Below, in pieces: positions 1 to 24,337 of a stretch of 64,000 bases of DNA. The DNA comes from Paraspadella gotoi. Its lineage: Eukaryota > Animalia > Chaetognatha. Under the pieces are notes generated by a model. That model did not search any database and was not told the DNA's origin. It worked only from the letters and a program-made list of their open reading frames with translations. The translations under genes were made by a program, and so were the position numbers. The stretch's first letter is position 1. The number at the start of each line of letters is the position of its first letter. The stretch covers positions 7,089,814 through 7,153,813 of the forward strand of contig CM119264.1 of assembly GCA_051294375.1 (NCBI GenBank). The letters are read 5' to 3'.

Positions 1-365
1 GTGTCGTCGGTCGGTCGGTCGGTCGTGCTCGTCGTCGGTCCGGTCGGTCGGTCGTCGTCGGTCGGTCGGTCGGTCGTTCGGTCGTCGGTCGTCGTCGGTC
101 GGTCGGGTCGGTCGTCGTCGGTCGGGTCGGTCGGTCGGGTTCGGTCGGTCGGTCGTCGGTCGGTCGGTCGTCGTCGGGTCGGTCGGTCGGTCGGTTCGGT
201 CGGATCGGTCGGTCGTCGGTCGGTCGGTCGGTCGGTCGGTCGGTCGGTCGGTCGGTCGGCTGGTCGTCGGTCGGTCGGTCGGTCGGTCGGTCGGTCGGTC
301 GGTCGGTCGGTCGGTCGGTCGGTCGGTCGGTCGGTCGGTCGGTCGGTCGTCGGTGGTCGTCGTGG
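1..365. repeat. (GTCG)n / (GGTC)n tetranucleotide microsatellite, degenerate
   Basis: About 90 tandem GTCG units with interspersed GTC variants. This accounts for the spurious SVGR-repeat ORF 1..456. Confidence 0.97.
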
Positions 366-486
366 TCTGACAGATTCGCTTTATTTGATATCGGTTGCTT
401 ACTTTTCCAATGATCGTTCGACGAATCGGAATCAGTATTTTTTCTCGGTTTTTTGATGACCCTAATTTTTTTCTATCGCTTGCAGA

Positions 487-3400
487 GCGACTATTTGTCG
501 GATATGATACCAAATCGACTGTGTCATTTGAGCCTCATGAACTCGGCGGTGAGGTGAAGTGTTTTTGCTTCTTTTTTTTTAAATTTCATTTTTTGATTTG
601 TCATTTTTTTTCTTTCCGCTCCATTTTTATCAAATTATTCCTTTTTTTTAACTATAGAAGCTCACCTTTCTATATACGTTTATCTTTATTGTTTTTTTTT
701 TTTATTTATCTTTTTACGTACAAACTTAATTTTTTCAATCGGTTTCTTTCTTTATTTCCTCCCCAACCTACTAACCCGAACCCCACCCTCCCCACAGAAA
801 ACTCCGCGCGGAATGGCGTCCCAACTTCTGCCACAATTTCTTTCTCAAATTCAAGTCGATGCGACGTTTGACGTCACTGACTCTTTTCGGACTCGAAATC
901 GATGCCCACGTAAACGGATCTTGTTGAATAGAATAGTATTAACACTTTTATACTATCGGATTAAAATACATATAAATTCTAATTCAGTTCCTGTCGGCTC
1001 TTCTGGCTCTTGAAGACAGACTTACCTGTTTGCGTCTGATCGATTGCGTCACTCCTGCCCCGAGGTCAGTCTTTTTGATTGGTTTCTGATTAGTTTCAAA
1101 TGTTTTTTTTTTAAATTTGTCAATTTATTCCGATTTTATTTTCAAGTGCGGAAGAGATATGACGAAATGAAAATTTAATAAAGCTTCTCCGTCTTTTACC
1201 CCATGGGAATTCCTCCTATTCTTTCTCTTTCTATCTCTTCTTCCTCATCTTACTCCCCCTCCTCTCTTCGCCTCCTTCTCTCCCCCCCGGGCCCCTTCCT
1301 CCCTCAAAGATATGATTCGGACGGTCACCTCCTCAACGATCTCATTCTCCTCCAACAATTTCCTCGTCTTCGTCTCTTCGCGTTCGTCGCCTTCGCCGTC
1401 CAGGAAACCATCATGCAAATTCTCGCCCTCCGATTACCGGCGATAGAGGTTAAGGACCAATTTTGGTCGGTCCGTCCGTCTGACCTTCCGTAAATCCTTC
1501 AATGTGTTGCGACTGTATTTTTCCCGCCTCTTGTCTGAGATTCATTAAGCATTCTCATTGGCGCTCCTTCCAACCCAATCGATTGATTGACCGATTTATT
1601 TTTTTTCTTTTAATATTTAAATATTTATTTAATATTTGATTATTCACTCCTTCTCTCTACTCACCAGGAGATAAATCTTACCGTTCGGACATCCTCCAAG
1701 AATCGAGAACCGATGCACTACCCGCACGAGCACCACGTCGAGTCCTTCTTCAACTTCCTCAACTCCAATCTCACCCTCAAGAGGATCGTCCTTCTCAATC
1801 ACGACATCTGCGAGAGGAAAGAGCTCGCTTCGGGATGGTTCACGAGGTTCGTCCTTCGGTTTTACAGGAAAGATCCGAAAAAAAAAACAGAAGATTGGTG
1901 GACAAATTATAAGTATTTAACAATTCATTTAATTTTAAAACGACTTGACCTAATTCAAACGCTCACGTCAAACGCATTTGTCAACAAATGTTTAGTAGAA
2001 TTATGTCGATAATTTTTTTTTTAATTTTTAATTAGAAGTAAATTTAACTGAAAATTGTTTTATTCAGACAAGGATACACTTACTGTCTTACAATAATGGT
2101 AAATGAAAAAAGGACAAAGAATAAAAGATAGATGAAAGTGATATATATTAAATAATGACTTTGTCAAACAACAAATAAAACCGAAGAATAGATTTCATTG
2201 CTAATTTCTCCCCCCCTACATATTCTAAGGCGAATCACGGGCTACAAGACGCACTACGTCGAGGACGACGACGATGACAGCTACTTCCGCAAGGACGTCA
2301 TGATTTGCGGCTGCAAAACCGAAGTTCAACTTCAAAACTCGTTTCGTCACTTGTGCGACGCCTGCGAGAATGTCGGCGTCTTCGGGCTCATCATGAGACA
2401 GGTAAGTTTAAACACCGGAAGGTAAGGCATGAGAGTGGTTGCCTGAGAGGGAGCGGAAAGCAAAGTTTCTTCAGACGGGAAACGCCTTAATTCTCAGCTT
2501 TCTTTTCGTCAGCCAATTAAACGTGATTGGTTGCGTCAAAACCCACCGCAATTAAAATACCATTACGATCAAATAAAAAATTCAAGTTTATCTGGGATTT
2601 GACTTTAGACATGCTTATCCCGTTCATTTTCGAAAATGTGAATCCTCCGATGGATAGGTCGTATCTCATCCTATCGCTATCCCCTATTTCTTCCGCCTTC
2701 AAGTACCTCCTCCACGGCTGCCGCAACTTTCACTTTAGCACCTTCCGCGCGCTCTCCCTCGAGGCGGTTCGCTTCTCCGCGAAACTCGTCGTCCTCCACG
2801 CGATGCAGCATCGCTTCTACGCGGGCGTCGGAGATCCGCTAAGTCGCGAGAGGTTTCGGCATCTGCAGTACCGCAGCGCGCTGTCCTCTCAGGTCCGGGA
2901 TGTTGTAGATCAAGAGCTATATTTTGCGAAAAAGGTGATCATTTGGTAGCGTAGCGTAGACGATAGACGTAAAGGAGCTCATCTGTAACTCTCGGAAGCT
3001 GGCAAAAAATTGCGGACAACTGATGAGATGACGTATAACAATCATTTGTACAATGTACAGTATAGTATAATCAAACCAAGATAATCAATGTTCAAAAATT
3101 GTTCATTGAACAATCTTTATCTTACCTAAGAAGACCGATGCATAGGAAAATACTACAAAACCCCTAAACTCGAAAGCCCCAACCCGCTCCGTGTCAATAC
3201 TGCACCATAGTCTTCACATCTCCTCATACTTTCGCCCAGATCCACATCATGCCCAACGATCAGCTCCGGGTGATGATTCTCAACGCCGTCAAGGAGACGC
3301 TGACGACGCCGCGGTTGGGATTCTCCTGCGTCGACGCCCCCTTCGTCATTCACGCCATACGCGGACACATCGTGTACTGGAGGGATCCGCCCTTCAATCA

Positions 3401-3871
3401 GATCGAGAAACTCTGGCCATTCAATCAAAACTTTATGACGCAGGTTAGAACGGTTGGTTTGTTTCGATTGGTTCTGGTCGTTTAGTCGGTAAGTTTTCTG
3501 CAATATAGATTTCGATAGAATTGAAAAAAGATTTTTAATTCTATTTATAACAACCTTTCCTCATTTCCGACTCTCCCCCCCTCCCTCAAAACCAGATGTG
3601 TCCCGAAACGATACACGCGGCGTCGGAGCCCGATCTTTGCCTGCTCTGCATGGTGGGCAACATCTCGTTGGCCCTGCGTCTCATGATCGACATCCAATCG
3701 ACGAGCAATTCGGCGAGGCGGGAATTGCGAGAGGCGGCGGCGGCGAAACGGCAGGAAGAAGCACAGGAGGAGCGGGGCAATCGACGATTGCGGAGAGCGT
3801 CGAGCAAGGAGAACAACGAAGCCCCGCCTCCCACAACGACTATCTCATCTTTTCAGAGATACGGGTTCTGA
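487..3871 (+). CDS. 3' part of a multi-exon gene of unknown identity with LRR-like segments (possible F-box/LRR-type protein); 5' end probably upstream of the window
   Basis: GC-rich blocks bounded by AG/GT splice in frame: ..MASQLLPQFLSQIQ|FLSALLALEDRLTCLRLIDCVTPAPR|YDSDGHLLNDLILLQQFPRLRLFAFV..LPAIE|EINLTV..LKRIVLLNHDIC..; later exons lie at ~2230-2401, ~2658-2892 and ~3240-3443, and the last exon ends ..FQRYGF* at 3871. LxxLxL-like motifs are present but no family was recognised. Confidence 0.55.
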
Positions 3872-5181
3872 GATGGTGCGGCAGGTCGGTCCATATATCG
3901 ATCGTATTCCGGTGAAACGACAACCGAATGGTTAAACAATAGATATATTTTTGCAGTTTTATAGCTTATAATAATAATGTTATGCAAGTTTTGGAGTAGA
4001 AAGACAATTACTAGACATAGTCAAACAGTATTGACCCGTCGGTTACAATCCGGGGGGCACACCCATTGCTGGCGAAAAAGCCCCATTTAAGTTAGATTTT
4101 AACGCCTTATCTATATCCCTTACCTGATTTTGGGAAACTTTTAATTTCACCATCCGGAACCGAATCGGTCAGTTATTTTTTTATTAGCATTTTTTTATTT
4201 ATATTAAAAATTACTTAATTCCGAGATTAAGATGAAATGGGGCGTTTTGAGAAAATAGGGGCAAAACCTCTTCCCTCTCACTGACCCGTCTTATGGTACA
4301 TATTTTTTACTTGTGTTTTTTTAAGACTTTTGTTACTAAGTTTAGACTTAGCACCTTCCGTTGTTTCAGTTCGAAAATAAATGCTTTGTTAGACGTGATA
4401 ACTCGTACTCGTATGCTTTTCACGAATTGGGTATATAACAACCTCGCTGTGAAATAAGAAAAAAAAATATGCCAGTCGATCATTTGTTCTTCGAAAACTT
4501 CCAAAAGCATATATGACATATATATTTACATAGTTCCCCTCGTACTTCATGTGTTCGTTTGCACGCTCAGTTGATGCTTCGTTGTTAATGTTATTAATGT
4601 GCTTTACACTTTGAAAAAACTATTTTTTCCCCAAGAATATATGAATTCATGTACCTTGTTGATTAAAATTAAAAAATTTGGAACAATGATTCAATAACTA
4701 GTACTTCACCGAGGATTAGTTTTTAAAATAATTTGTAATTGACGCTCGTAGCAAGAGGTCGGGACACTCAGCGGAGCAGAGGGCCGAGGCGAGGAGCAAA
4801 CTCTCTATAAGTAAAGTATCAACCCTAAAATGATGTTTAAACTTAAAAACAAAAACCAAATCGACTGGAACAAAGAATGTATTTACTAAATAATATCGCC
4901 TGGTGGAAAGTACGTACAATTATTTTAAAAATCGGGCTAGTTTATAAACAATTACACTCAAAATATTCATACCGTCGATAACGATAACAAAGCATTTTCA
5001 CGGGGACAAAGGGCGTCAATTGTCTAAAACATGAGTGACATATAAATAAAAATAGTGAAAAACGAACTTGAAATTAAATAACAACGAACGCGGGTCAGTT
5101 TTACTATTTTTTTTTATCGAAGTGATTCCGGGTACCGATCATAGGAGAGTCGGGAAGGGAGGACAAGATGGGAGGTGCTCG

Positions 5182-8100
5182 TCAATAGTTTTGAAAGAGT
5201 TTCAAAAAGTTTTTTAGTTTCTCCACTTGTTCCTGAATCCTTTCGTGCGCGGACACAAGGAGGTCGTGTTGGTTGTTCTGAACCTGTGAAGGGGTATGGG
5301 TAAAGAGTATGCATTGCAGAAGGAACGGTTGAGAAAAAAAAGTCGCGATCGTTTTTCCCACAGACCTGCATGTTAGCCTTCAGTTGCTGCGACTTTGTCT
5401 CCAGCTGCTCCCGCTCCGCCTTCAGCTCCGCGTTACGTCGCTGCAGCTTTCGCTTCTCCTCTTCTTTCGAACTCTTGCTGGCGATGTAAGAGTGCATCAT
5501 ATTCAGCGTCGCCGAGTAGTTGGGACTCTCGGCCGGCGTCGCTCCCGTCGTAGTAGCCTCTGGTTTCTCCATTTCCGGTTCCAGTTTTGGCTTGACGTCG
5601 ACTCTGGAGGAAAAGCAAAAATACAAATGGCAATGAATGAGAATGGAAACTACAATGCGAAAAAAAGACAGAAAATTTACCCTTCAGCCACATCGGACGC
5701 TGACTGGAGCAAGGACGAAGCGAGATTGGCGGCGGCGGCGGCTTCGGGAGCTGCGGCCGACTCTTCTGTTAAAGAAAACGCATGTAAAGCGATGGTTAAG
5801 TGAAGTCTCTCCCCCAACCCAAATGACTTACTTTTTTCCTCCTCGGCCATCTTGCTCTTCCTCTTTCCCTTTTTCTTCTTCCCGTTGAGAGGCTTGGGCG
5901 AGCCACCCCGGCACTGCGGGCACCGCCAGTCGGCGGGCGGGGCGTCCGTGGCCAGCGGCGGTCGAAGGCAAGCTGGATGGAAGACGAGTGAACAGGCTGA
6001 GCAGGGGAAGAGGGGAGGCGACGATGACGTGCAAGAGTTACAGGCGTCTTCGTGAAAGTCAGGAGCCGGAATCTGGGGAGGGAAATAAAAATAAGAAAAC
6101 CGAAATACAGAGTACAGTACAGTAAAATGTAGCAAATAATAAAAAAGAGCAACAACAACAAAAAAAAGTCTTCAAATGTAAAATCTTCAAAATACAATCA
6201 ACTTTTTTTTAACCTGAGAGCCGTTCTTTCCGCACGATGGCGCCGAAACGTTGCTCACGTCGCTGTCGGGACTCTCTGGCCGACTGTCGTCGTCCTCCTC
6301 GTCGCGAATGTGTCGGTCTCCCGCCATCATCGACTTTCTCTTCTGCACCGACTTGGTCTTCGTCCGATCCGGCGACGACGTGGCAGCGACAGCCTCGGCG
6401 CTCTCGGTTGCTGCGGCGGTAGCAGCTTCCGCCGCAGCGGCAGTAGCGGCCGCCAGCATGGCCTGGTGCAGGCGTGCCCTCTTGCTGTTTGAGGCGCTGA
6501 GATCGCCCCAAGCGCTGTTGTTACCGCCCGGATAAGAGAAATGCGGATTGGCGGTGCTTCGCCGCTTTCTCTCCGATCGTTTGTTTTGTAGTTCTGAAAT
6601 GGGGGAGGAAAATGCAATGCTTTTAGTTGTAACCACAGTCGGATATTCCAACAGTCGATCCTTCACTCACCTTTAAGAACTGAGGGCAAGACGAGATCGA
6701 GAGCGTTCATAAACTCGACCTTCTCTCGATCGACGGGCGTGGAAGGCGTCTCCGTCTTCGCTTTTCCCTTCGCCCGATCCTGATTCTCGTTTCGAGTCTT
6801 TTCCTTTCGTGTCTTTTCTGATTTCTTCCCCACTTCGGGTTTCTTGGACGGGGACGCCTTGGCGGGGAGTTTGGTCTACACGAGTTTAGGGGCAGGATGA
6901 AAAACAGAAGCTGTGATATGAGAAGTTTAACGAGTAAAAAAAAAAGGTTGATAGATGAATGGACCGAGTAACTTTTAGATAGAGATAGATATGATAGCTA
7001 GTATGTAGATGCGATTATAGGAAATTATAAAAAAAATATAGAAAATACAATGTAAATTGGAAACGAGATGGTAAAAATACATTAATTTTAAAGCGAATAA
7101 ACCAAAAAAGATAAATTAATCTAGAATGAAAATAAAAATAAAGTAAAGATCAAACAGGAATTTTAACCGTAGAATAACAGGAACTCATGTATATATATAT
7201 ATTTTTAAATTAAGCAGGAAAATAGAGAGGGGGACTTACCTCCAACATATTTCCCGACTGCGACTTATTCTTGCCGACAACGGAAGCGGTCGTGTCGTCT
7301 TCCTCCTTGTCTTCGTCGTCGACTTCAGTTTTTCTTCGATCCTCGTTGGCGTCGGGGGAGGCGGCGAGGTTGGGCGGGTCCACAGGCGAAGGAGGGAAAG
7401 GAGAGGGAGGCGAGGAGGAGACGAGGGGAGAGGGAGGATTAAGGACGGTCATTGGTACCTAATGGGAAAAGGAAAAAAAAGGTTATCGCTTGAGTTAGCT
7501 TTTTTTGGACAGAAAAACAAACATTAAATACTAACCTTGGACGTGCTAGTCACGAAGTCTAATTTGGAGGCGCTCCGGTTTTTTGGAAATCGAATCTGGG
7601 TTGTAGACTCGACGTGGGCAAGCGGATCCTCGCGTATTAAAGCGTGGGGACTCTTCCGTTTTTTCTATAAAAAAAAAAGCGCGGTTTCAGAGACGCTGTC
7701 TGTAGCATTTCTCTCATTCGCTCTCTAACCTTCAGCGGAGATTCGAGTCCAGACTTGGATGGCGTGGGTGGCGCCGATGAGCTCGCGAATGCGTTACCGT
7801 CCGGAGACGGCGGTGCCGTTCGCTCATCGACGCTCGCCTCCTTCGTCGCCGAGGGTTTGACTACACTGAGGGTGGCGGAGATTGCCGCCCCCAGTGAAGC
7901 CGAGATCGCGTCGGTTCCTGTCGCCGGAGCCGGGTCAGCGGTGGACGCCGCTTTGGGCTGATAATGCCAAGAGGGCGTTCAATAGTTTAATGACTCAACA
8001 ATCCGCACGCACTAAAATTTTATCTTTTAATCAGACACCCTACAAAAAATACCTGAAGGATATTTGGTCGGTTTGCACAGAACTGAGGAATTTTGATGAG

Positions 8101-10423
8101 GGGCGAAAAGGATCGGGGCGTCGACGGAACGTTGGAGGCGCCGGGGACACCGGAGGCATTCGCGGCGATTGAAGAGGAAAGGGACGACGTCGGACCTAGG
8201 ATTCGTTTGGAGAAATAAGTTAATTAAAAAAGAACGTCGGAGAAACGCTTTACAAAAATTATTAATGATTTTGTATTTAAAACGGAATAACTCAAAATAT
8301 TTATATCTTCGGATTTAAGATCAAATTTTCAAATTGGCTGGACGAACGATATGAATTTTCACTTCTTCCAACGGACCTGCCGAGAGGCCTTTTTGTTTCG
8401 GCAGAATCAACGCCAAATGGGTGGCCGGCACCGGAGAGGAGACCAGCGGCGTCGATGCTATCGGTTTTTGGCTTTGAACGTTGACTGTTTAACATAAAAT
8501 TACGTATAAATATTTTTTTATAAAGCTACCGTTCTTAGCCTAATCGGCTTTGAAATGCTTGGAAAACTACTACGACGACGAACCTAGACATGGTTGAGGT
8601 GTTGAAGCGATGCCGACCCCGCAGTTAAGAACTTTGGTTGTGGTTGTCGTCGTCGCCGCGTTTGATTTTATCAAAACTGATTAATAAAATAAAGTAATTA
8701 CCGTTTGGTTAAAAAGACTTTGTTCAATATAATTAATCGTGCAATTTTTCGTAATTACAACCGGAGGAGGATTTAGTTTGCCGTCCCATTTTCCCCTTGC
8801 TCCTCCTACCCCTCCGTATATTTTGTCTAGCGATAATTTCTTTCGTTTCTACTCTTCGCGAAATATATTATTTTCCCTCCATTTCCTCACGCCTTCAATA
8901 TCCCTCAAGACGCACCCGCTTTGGAAGGAGAGGAGGTTATGACTAGAGGTTGGGAAAGTTGAAGGGCGGAGGCTCTTAACGTGGCGCCGGACGTGGCCGC
9001 TCTGCCAACGACGACCGCGGGGGCGACCGAGGACATCCCTTGAGTCGAGAGAGGCGTCGTGATGGTCACGGGGCGAATCTGGGGACTGTGACGAGAAAGA
9101 ATCGATGAGTCAAACCGCGGAAATGAACTGTCTTTAGTTATCGAAGAGGGAACTGTCTTGAAATGCATGTCATGTATTAATTTCACCATCAGACCCGGCT
9201 CACCTGAACGTCAAGACGCTGCTCGAGGGAGACTGGAGTGACGGATTGACCAAAGATCCCAATGGTAACGTTGCCTGAACCTGTTAGAGGATTACAGAAT
9301 GAATATTGAATACATGCGAGACCGAAATTCGGAAGAAAGCGGAAATAGCTTGAAATGTTTTTCTTGTTTACCCCCGAGACTGGCGCGCCGGCCGTTGTCT
9401 CGTTAGACGGCGCCAGGGAAAGCGTGGCGGGGATAGGGGTCACTCCGGGCGTTGGCATCAGGGTCATTCCACCCCCAGGAGCGGCGCGTAACGAATACTG
9501 AATAACAAAAAAGTTGCTGGTTATAATTATAGAGAGATGCTTCGTGAAGCGAAAACTCTTTTTGTGCCTCCTTTATTTGTTTTATCTAGTTTTTCGTAGG
9601 GTTAAGAGGTCGAAAATTTGTTGATGACGAAAATTCACGGGTTTATTTTTGGTCGTTCTTTTTTATTTTTTATTTTGGACTTTTTTCGCCGTTTGACTTT
9701 CGTTTGCACGTTAATCGTTGGCTCTTCGCAGAATCATTCTCACAAAAGCAGGCTGTGATATGTATAAAAGTCTCGCTGACATATCACAGCCACTTTTGCG
9801 GGAACAACGAGCGAAGCTTTTGAGAAAGAGGACGGGGATCATCGCTTTAGTAGATCTCACTTTCTTTGAAGAGTTGGTCATAGATGACTTTCCTCAAAAA
9901 TACACAGTCACTTACCCTAACTCCGGGCTGCATTCCGATGGTTTGTATGCTGGAAATTTTAACTCCCTCGGATTTGGCAAGAAGTATTCCGGATGAACCG
10001 GGGTGCACCAACTCCTTCCTCAGTTGCTGGACGTAGGTTTTCTGGATTTTGCAAATGACATAGCGATGAGAGATAACCCGAAAGTATCTAAAGCATAATG
10101 TAGTCGAAACTCACTTGTTTCTCACTCAAAAGAGTTATTTGTGATTGCAATTCTCTCAGTTGTTTCTGCAAGGCTGTGTTCTGAAATCAAAGGAAGACAA
10201 AAATGTAGTTAGTTAATGCAAAACCCCATCTTGCCAAATACTGCCGTTTACCTGTGGTTCGGTTTTCATCTTGGCAACGAGAACCTGATCATGAATAAAA
10301 TAAAAAATATTTTCATTGACCGAAATGTAAAACGTAGCTAGTATCAACGATACACCGGCAAGACCAAACCTGGTGGTTCTGAATGGCGCTTCTCAGCTGC
10401 CGTTGAAGAGCCTCGATATCCAT
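5182..10423 (-). CDS. PHF21A: PHD finger protein 21A (BHC80)-like, multi-exon
   Basis: N-terminal coiled coil MDIEALQRQLRSAIQNHQ|VLVAKMKTEPQ|NTALQKQLRELQSQITLLSEKQ|KTYVQQLRKEL. Central EKVEFMNALDLVLPSVLK|ELQNKRSERKRRSTANPHFSY. PHD finger HEDACNSC..CSACSLVFHPACLRPPL..WRCPQC (~5910-6055). C-terminal coil HSYIASKSSKEEEKRKL..EREQLE. All of these match the PHF21A architecture. ATG at 10423, stop at 5182-5184. Confidence 0.92.
8770..8910. repeat. Dispersed ~140 bp repeat, copy 1 (PHF21A intron)
   Basis: gatttagtttgccg..cccctccgtatattttgtctagcga..ttctactct..gaaatata..tttcctcacgccttc..ccctcaag also occurs at 25993-26146 in the same orientation. Confidence 0.8.
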
Positions 10424-13400
10424 CTTGCGACTGAAGAGAGAGTCGGCGACAATTCTGACCGACTTGGGCCGACAATCGGGAGCGTGGAGAGAAACGGGCG
10501 GGAGGGCCTCCGAGAGAGGAGAGGGCGTAGGCTCCGTCTTACAACATCGCCGAATCGGGATCTGCGATAGAAGAGCCGGACAATTGTTAAAATTATTATT
10601 ATTAAAAGATCTAGCGTCCCAACGCTCACTTTTGGACGAAAAGGTGCAACGAGCAAAGATGCCCCCGTGGCACAGCTATTCCCCGTTCCCGACGCCCCAC
10701 TCGACTCCAGGACGCAGCCTTCGATGCGCGTCCTTACACTTGACAAAAGCCGGATTGTTTTTGTTCGGTCTGAGTTTAATTTGTTTAAATCTTTATTTAT
10801 TCATTAACGGACATTCAAAAACAAATCTTTGACGATTATTGTTTCAGTCGCGACGCGAGAATTTCCTAGTTCAACGTCTCGAAAGCTGCGCTTGACTACG
10901 GCCTTCGGGCACGGAGTCAGTTTCGCCCGTCGTCTTCATCAATGTCATCTTTTTCTCGGTTTTGATCGTCCTGCCGCGTCGGCTGCTGCGGAGCTTGAAA
11001 GGGCGAACAAGGAATAAGTTGAATGAGACAAAGTTTAAGCGGAGGCAGGGATTAAGAAGCAAAGCGAGGATCTAAATTAGATTTCTTTTATTAAATTTTG
11101 ATGTTAAGTTAATGGGTAAAGGCGGATGAAATGATGAAATAAGCTTTTAAATTCCCGCCGTGGTGAGCGAATATTCGAAAGTGCTGCGGGGAAACGCGTC
11201 TTCTTCCCAGCGCGCATCCATGTGCACTCGAAAGGAGAAAAAAAGTAGTTCCATCGTAAAAGTGATTCGCCGAGAGAAACAGAGACGCGCAGAGACAAAA
11301 CGGAACTGGGATAAGGCGAGATACGCCAAGACGGCCTTCCAAAAGCGGGAGCGAATGCGACTGACTCGGATCCGCGACCGAGGGTGACGTTTCCGATTCT
11401 GCGCACGATTACAATAGTTCGAAAGACGCCAAATGTTTTATTTCTTTCACGGTTGGATAAGAGTAATTCGATACCAGTAAAGATGGCAAGAAACTGAGGG
11501 ACTCTTCAGAAAAAAAAAACTTCTGAGATAATATGGGTCAGAGCAATGTGTCATTAGACCGATATTATATGCTAAAATTAAGAAAACTGCTTACCTTTTG
11601 TTTTTACATACATAATCACCATCGCCGTCAACGCTGTTTCAAAAAAGAAGCGGAAAAATTTAAAACCGAAAGAATACATGGGCAGTGTCAAACAAAAGTC
11701 ACAACGCTGTCCTAATTTTTAACGAGTTGCGTTTTCTTTACTCTAGATGACTCTCGATGAATTAATATAAATGAATTATGTTCAGAAATATTTAACAAAT
11801 ATTATTAATAAAAATCAAAATTTTTACCTCTTGCAATCCAAAAAAATGGCTGAAATACACCCAAAAAAACTCTCGATTCCTTGGTCAATCCATTTTAGAA
11901 TCACATTTGAGCGCGCTGATATCTGGAACAAGAATCCATGTCATTCAATAATTTTTGAAATAAAAAAAATTATCTGACATTGAATCAACAAAAAAACTTG
12001 ATTTACACGTAAAAGATGAAATTAGTCAAAAAAATACTCTATGAAAATTTGCAAATTACTTGTTTCACTATTTTCTATTTTTATATTTTATGAAGGATTT
12101 AGTATTTAATATATATTATTTAAACAAATATATATTGCTTTCTTTTTTAATAAAGTTTTATTTATCTATTATCTATTTTACTTTCGCCGACTGCAACCTA
12201 CCCAGTCAGTTATTTTTCTACTCGCATATATCATTCTTGTTAGGTTAAGGATTATCGGTGGTTAGGTTTGGTTAGAGTTATTGGTAGGTATGGTTAAATT
12301 TAGTGAAAGTTAAGAATAGTATTTTTTTATTTTTACCAGTATTATTTTTTCAGTAAAATTTTATTTTTGCCCACCAGGCATTTGGCGACTTTATAAAACC
12401 TCTTATAATACCTTCGCCCTAATCCACCCTTAACCCGAAACACCCCCCCCCTAACCCCGGTCGGCGAAAAAAAAATTATGCCCTTTTTTCCTTTTTCGCA
12501 TAATAAAATTTCTATACTGTTGCTCAAAAAAAGCGGAAAAAAATTCACCGACTGGAAAATCGCAAACTGTTGCCGTGCTTAACGCTTATGAAATCATCTC
12601 AGGACTGCTAAATAACTAATTACTTTTTATGGTAAAAGTCAATGATACTTTACTACCTCAATAGTTTCTACGACGAATATTTTAATTTTGTTGAACTGTA
12701 ACATTTATAATGTAAAGTATGCATTTTCAATCAATTTTAGGGGATTTATATGCAACAATAAATGGACAAATAAAAAATTGTAACACAATGTAGTAATTAG
12801 CTTTTTAGCAGAACAATGATTTATAATAATTATTACGCTAGCCCGTAAATAATATACAAACTAAATGTTGTCAAGGACTAATTCTAATCGTTGCATATTT
12901 TCCTGATTGTACTTAGACAAAAAAATTTCTCTATAAGTATCCCGTTTTGATTTTATATGTAGAAAAAACAGCATATTCCATATCTAAATCAGGAAGTATA
13001 CACTCCATACACGCCATATAATAGAATGAAAGTCAAACGATGTTTAGAACAACATCCATACTCCAGTTACGTCAAGGTAACATGTTTGTTAAGAATATAT
13101 AGTGAATATATATAACTGGCACGCTTAGAAAAAATAACAAAAGCTTAGTCGACTGTTCGTCTCACATGCAAGCACATCTTTCGAATCAAAAAATGCAGAA
13201 AAAAAAGTCAATGCACGCTGATGGGAGATAGCTAGATGATTGGATACTGGGATAGATGAGCTATCCTTATTCCTCTTGGAATGTAGAAGCTTTTGAATCA
13301 AGCGAGTTAAAAAAAAACTAAAAAAACAAATTCAGGTAAAGGACACCCGAAATTAACTATATTTATAGACTTGATTTTTAGATTGTTCAATTATATTAAT

Positions 13401-13462
13401 ATTTTTAATTAGCAAATTATTTTTTTTGATGATCTGTTTTAGTAGTCGTAATAACTTTAACC

Positions 13463-23708
<10,246 letters not shown>

Positions 23709-24337
23709 CGGCATCGATTTTCATGTTGTTTCGATTCCGGTGAATTATCATCGGGAAGAAGTTGACATAACGGAAAAGTAAAAAAAAGGGATTTGGGTCA
23801 GTCTGGTTCCGAGACGTAACCGTCTGGTCGGCGGATGATGAGGGTTGTAGTCCCCGTCTTTTGTTCGTGACGACGACGAGGGAAACTCGTCCGTCGCGAG
23901 CGGACGAAGAGGCGAAACTCGGGCGAGGAAGACGGAGGAGGGTGAGGTCGTCGCCCGCCCGCCGCTGCAGCCTCGTTCTCAAGGTAAAAGGGACAAAAGG
24001 CCAAGAGCAGCAGAATAAATATTTTCCTTTTTCCTGCTCCTGTCATAATTTATTTTCTAAATAATGTGAAATCCATCGTCATTGTTCTAGAATCTTGAGT
24101 TTTCAAGTTAGTTACATTTAAATCAATATATGCCTCATTGCTTTTTTTCGAAGTCGATTATGTAATTTTCATAATATCATAATTTAATTACGTAAATCTA
24201 CGTTGTCGTAGTTCCTTCTGCCTGTCTTTTAAGTCCAGCTGTTTATTTAAATGTTTATTTGAAAGTTTTTATAGGTTTTTAAACAAAATTTTGTCATTGT
24301 CATTTGTTTTTCATGGTTGCAGACTATTTTCGATAAC
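23709..24337. promoter_or_regulatory. Probable bidirectional promoter between divergent NEDD4 and CWC27
   Basis: The start codons are head-to-head about 630 bp apart, with a CpG-rich patch at 23800-23980. Confidence 0.55.

Noticed and set aside
1-456. 151-aa SVGR-repeat ORF
   Set aside because: It is the translation of the (GTCG)n microsatellite and has no ATG start.
12240-12460. TTAGG/TAACCC-like motifs suggesting interstitial telomere repeats
   Set aside because: The motifs are scattered and degenerate, not a tandem array. They may be a transposon remnant but are not definable here.
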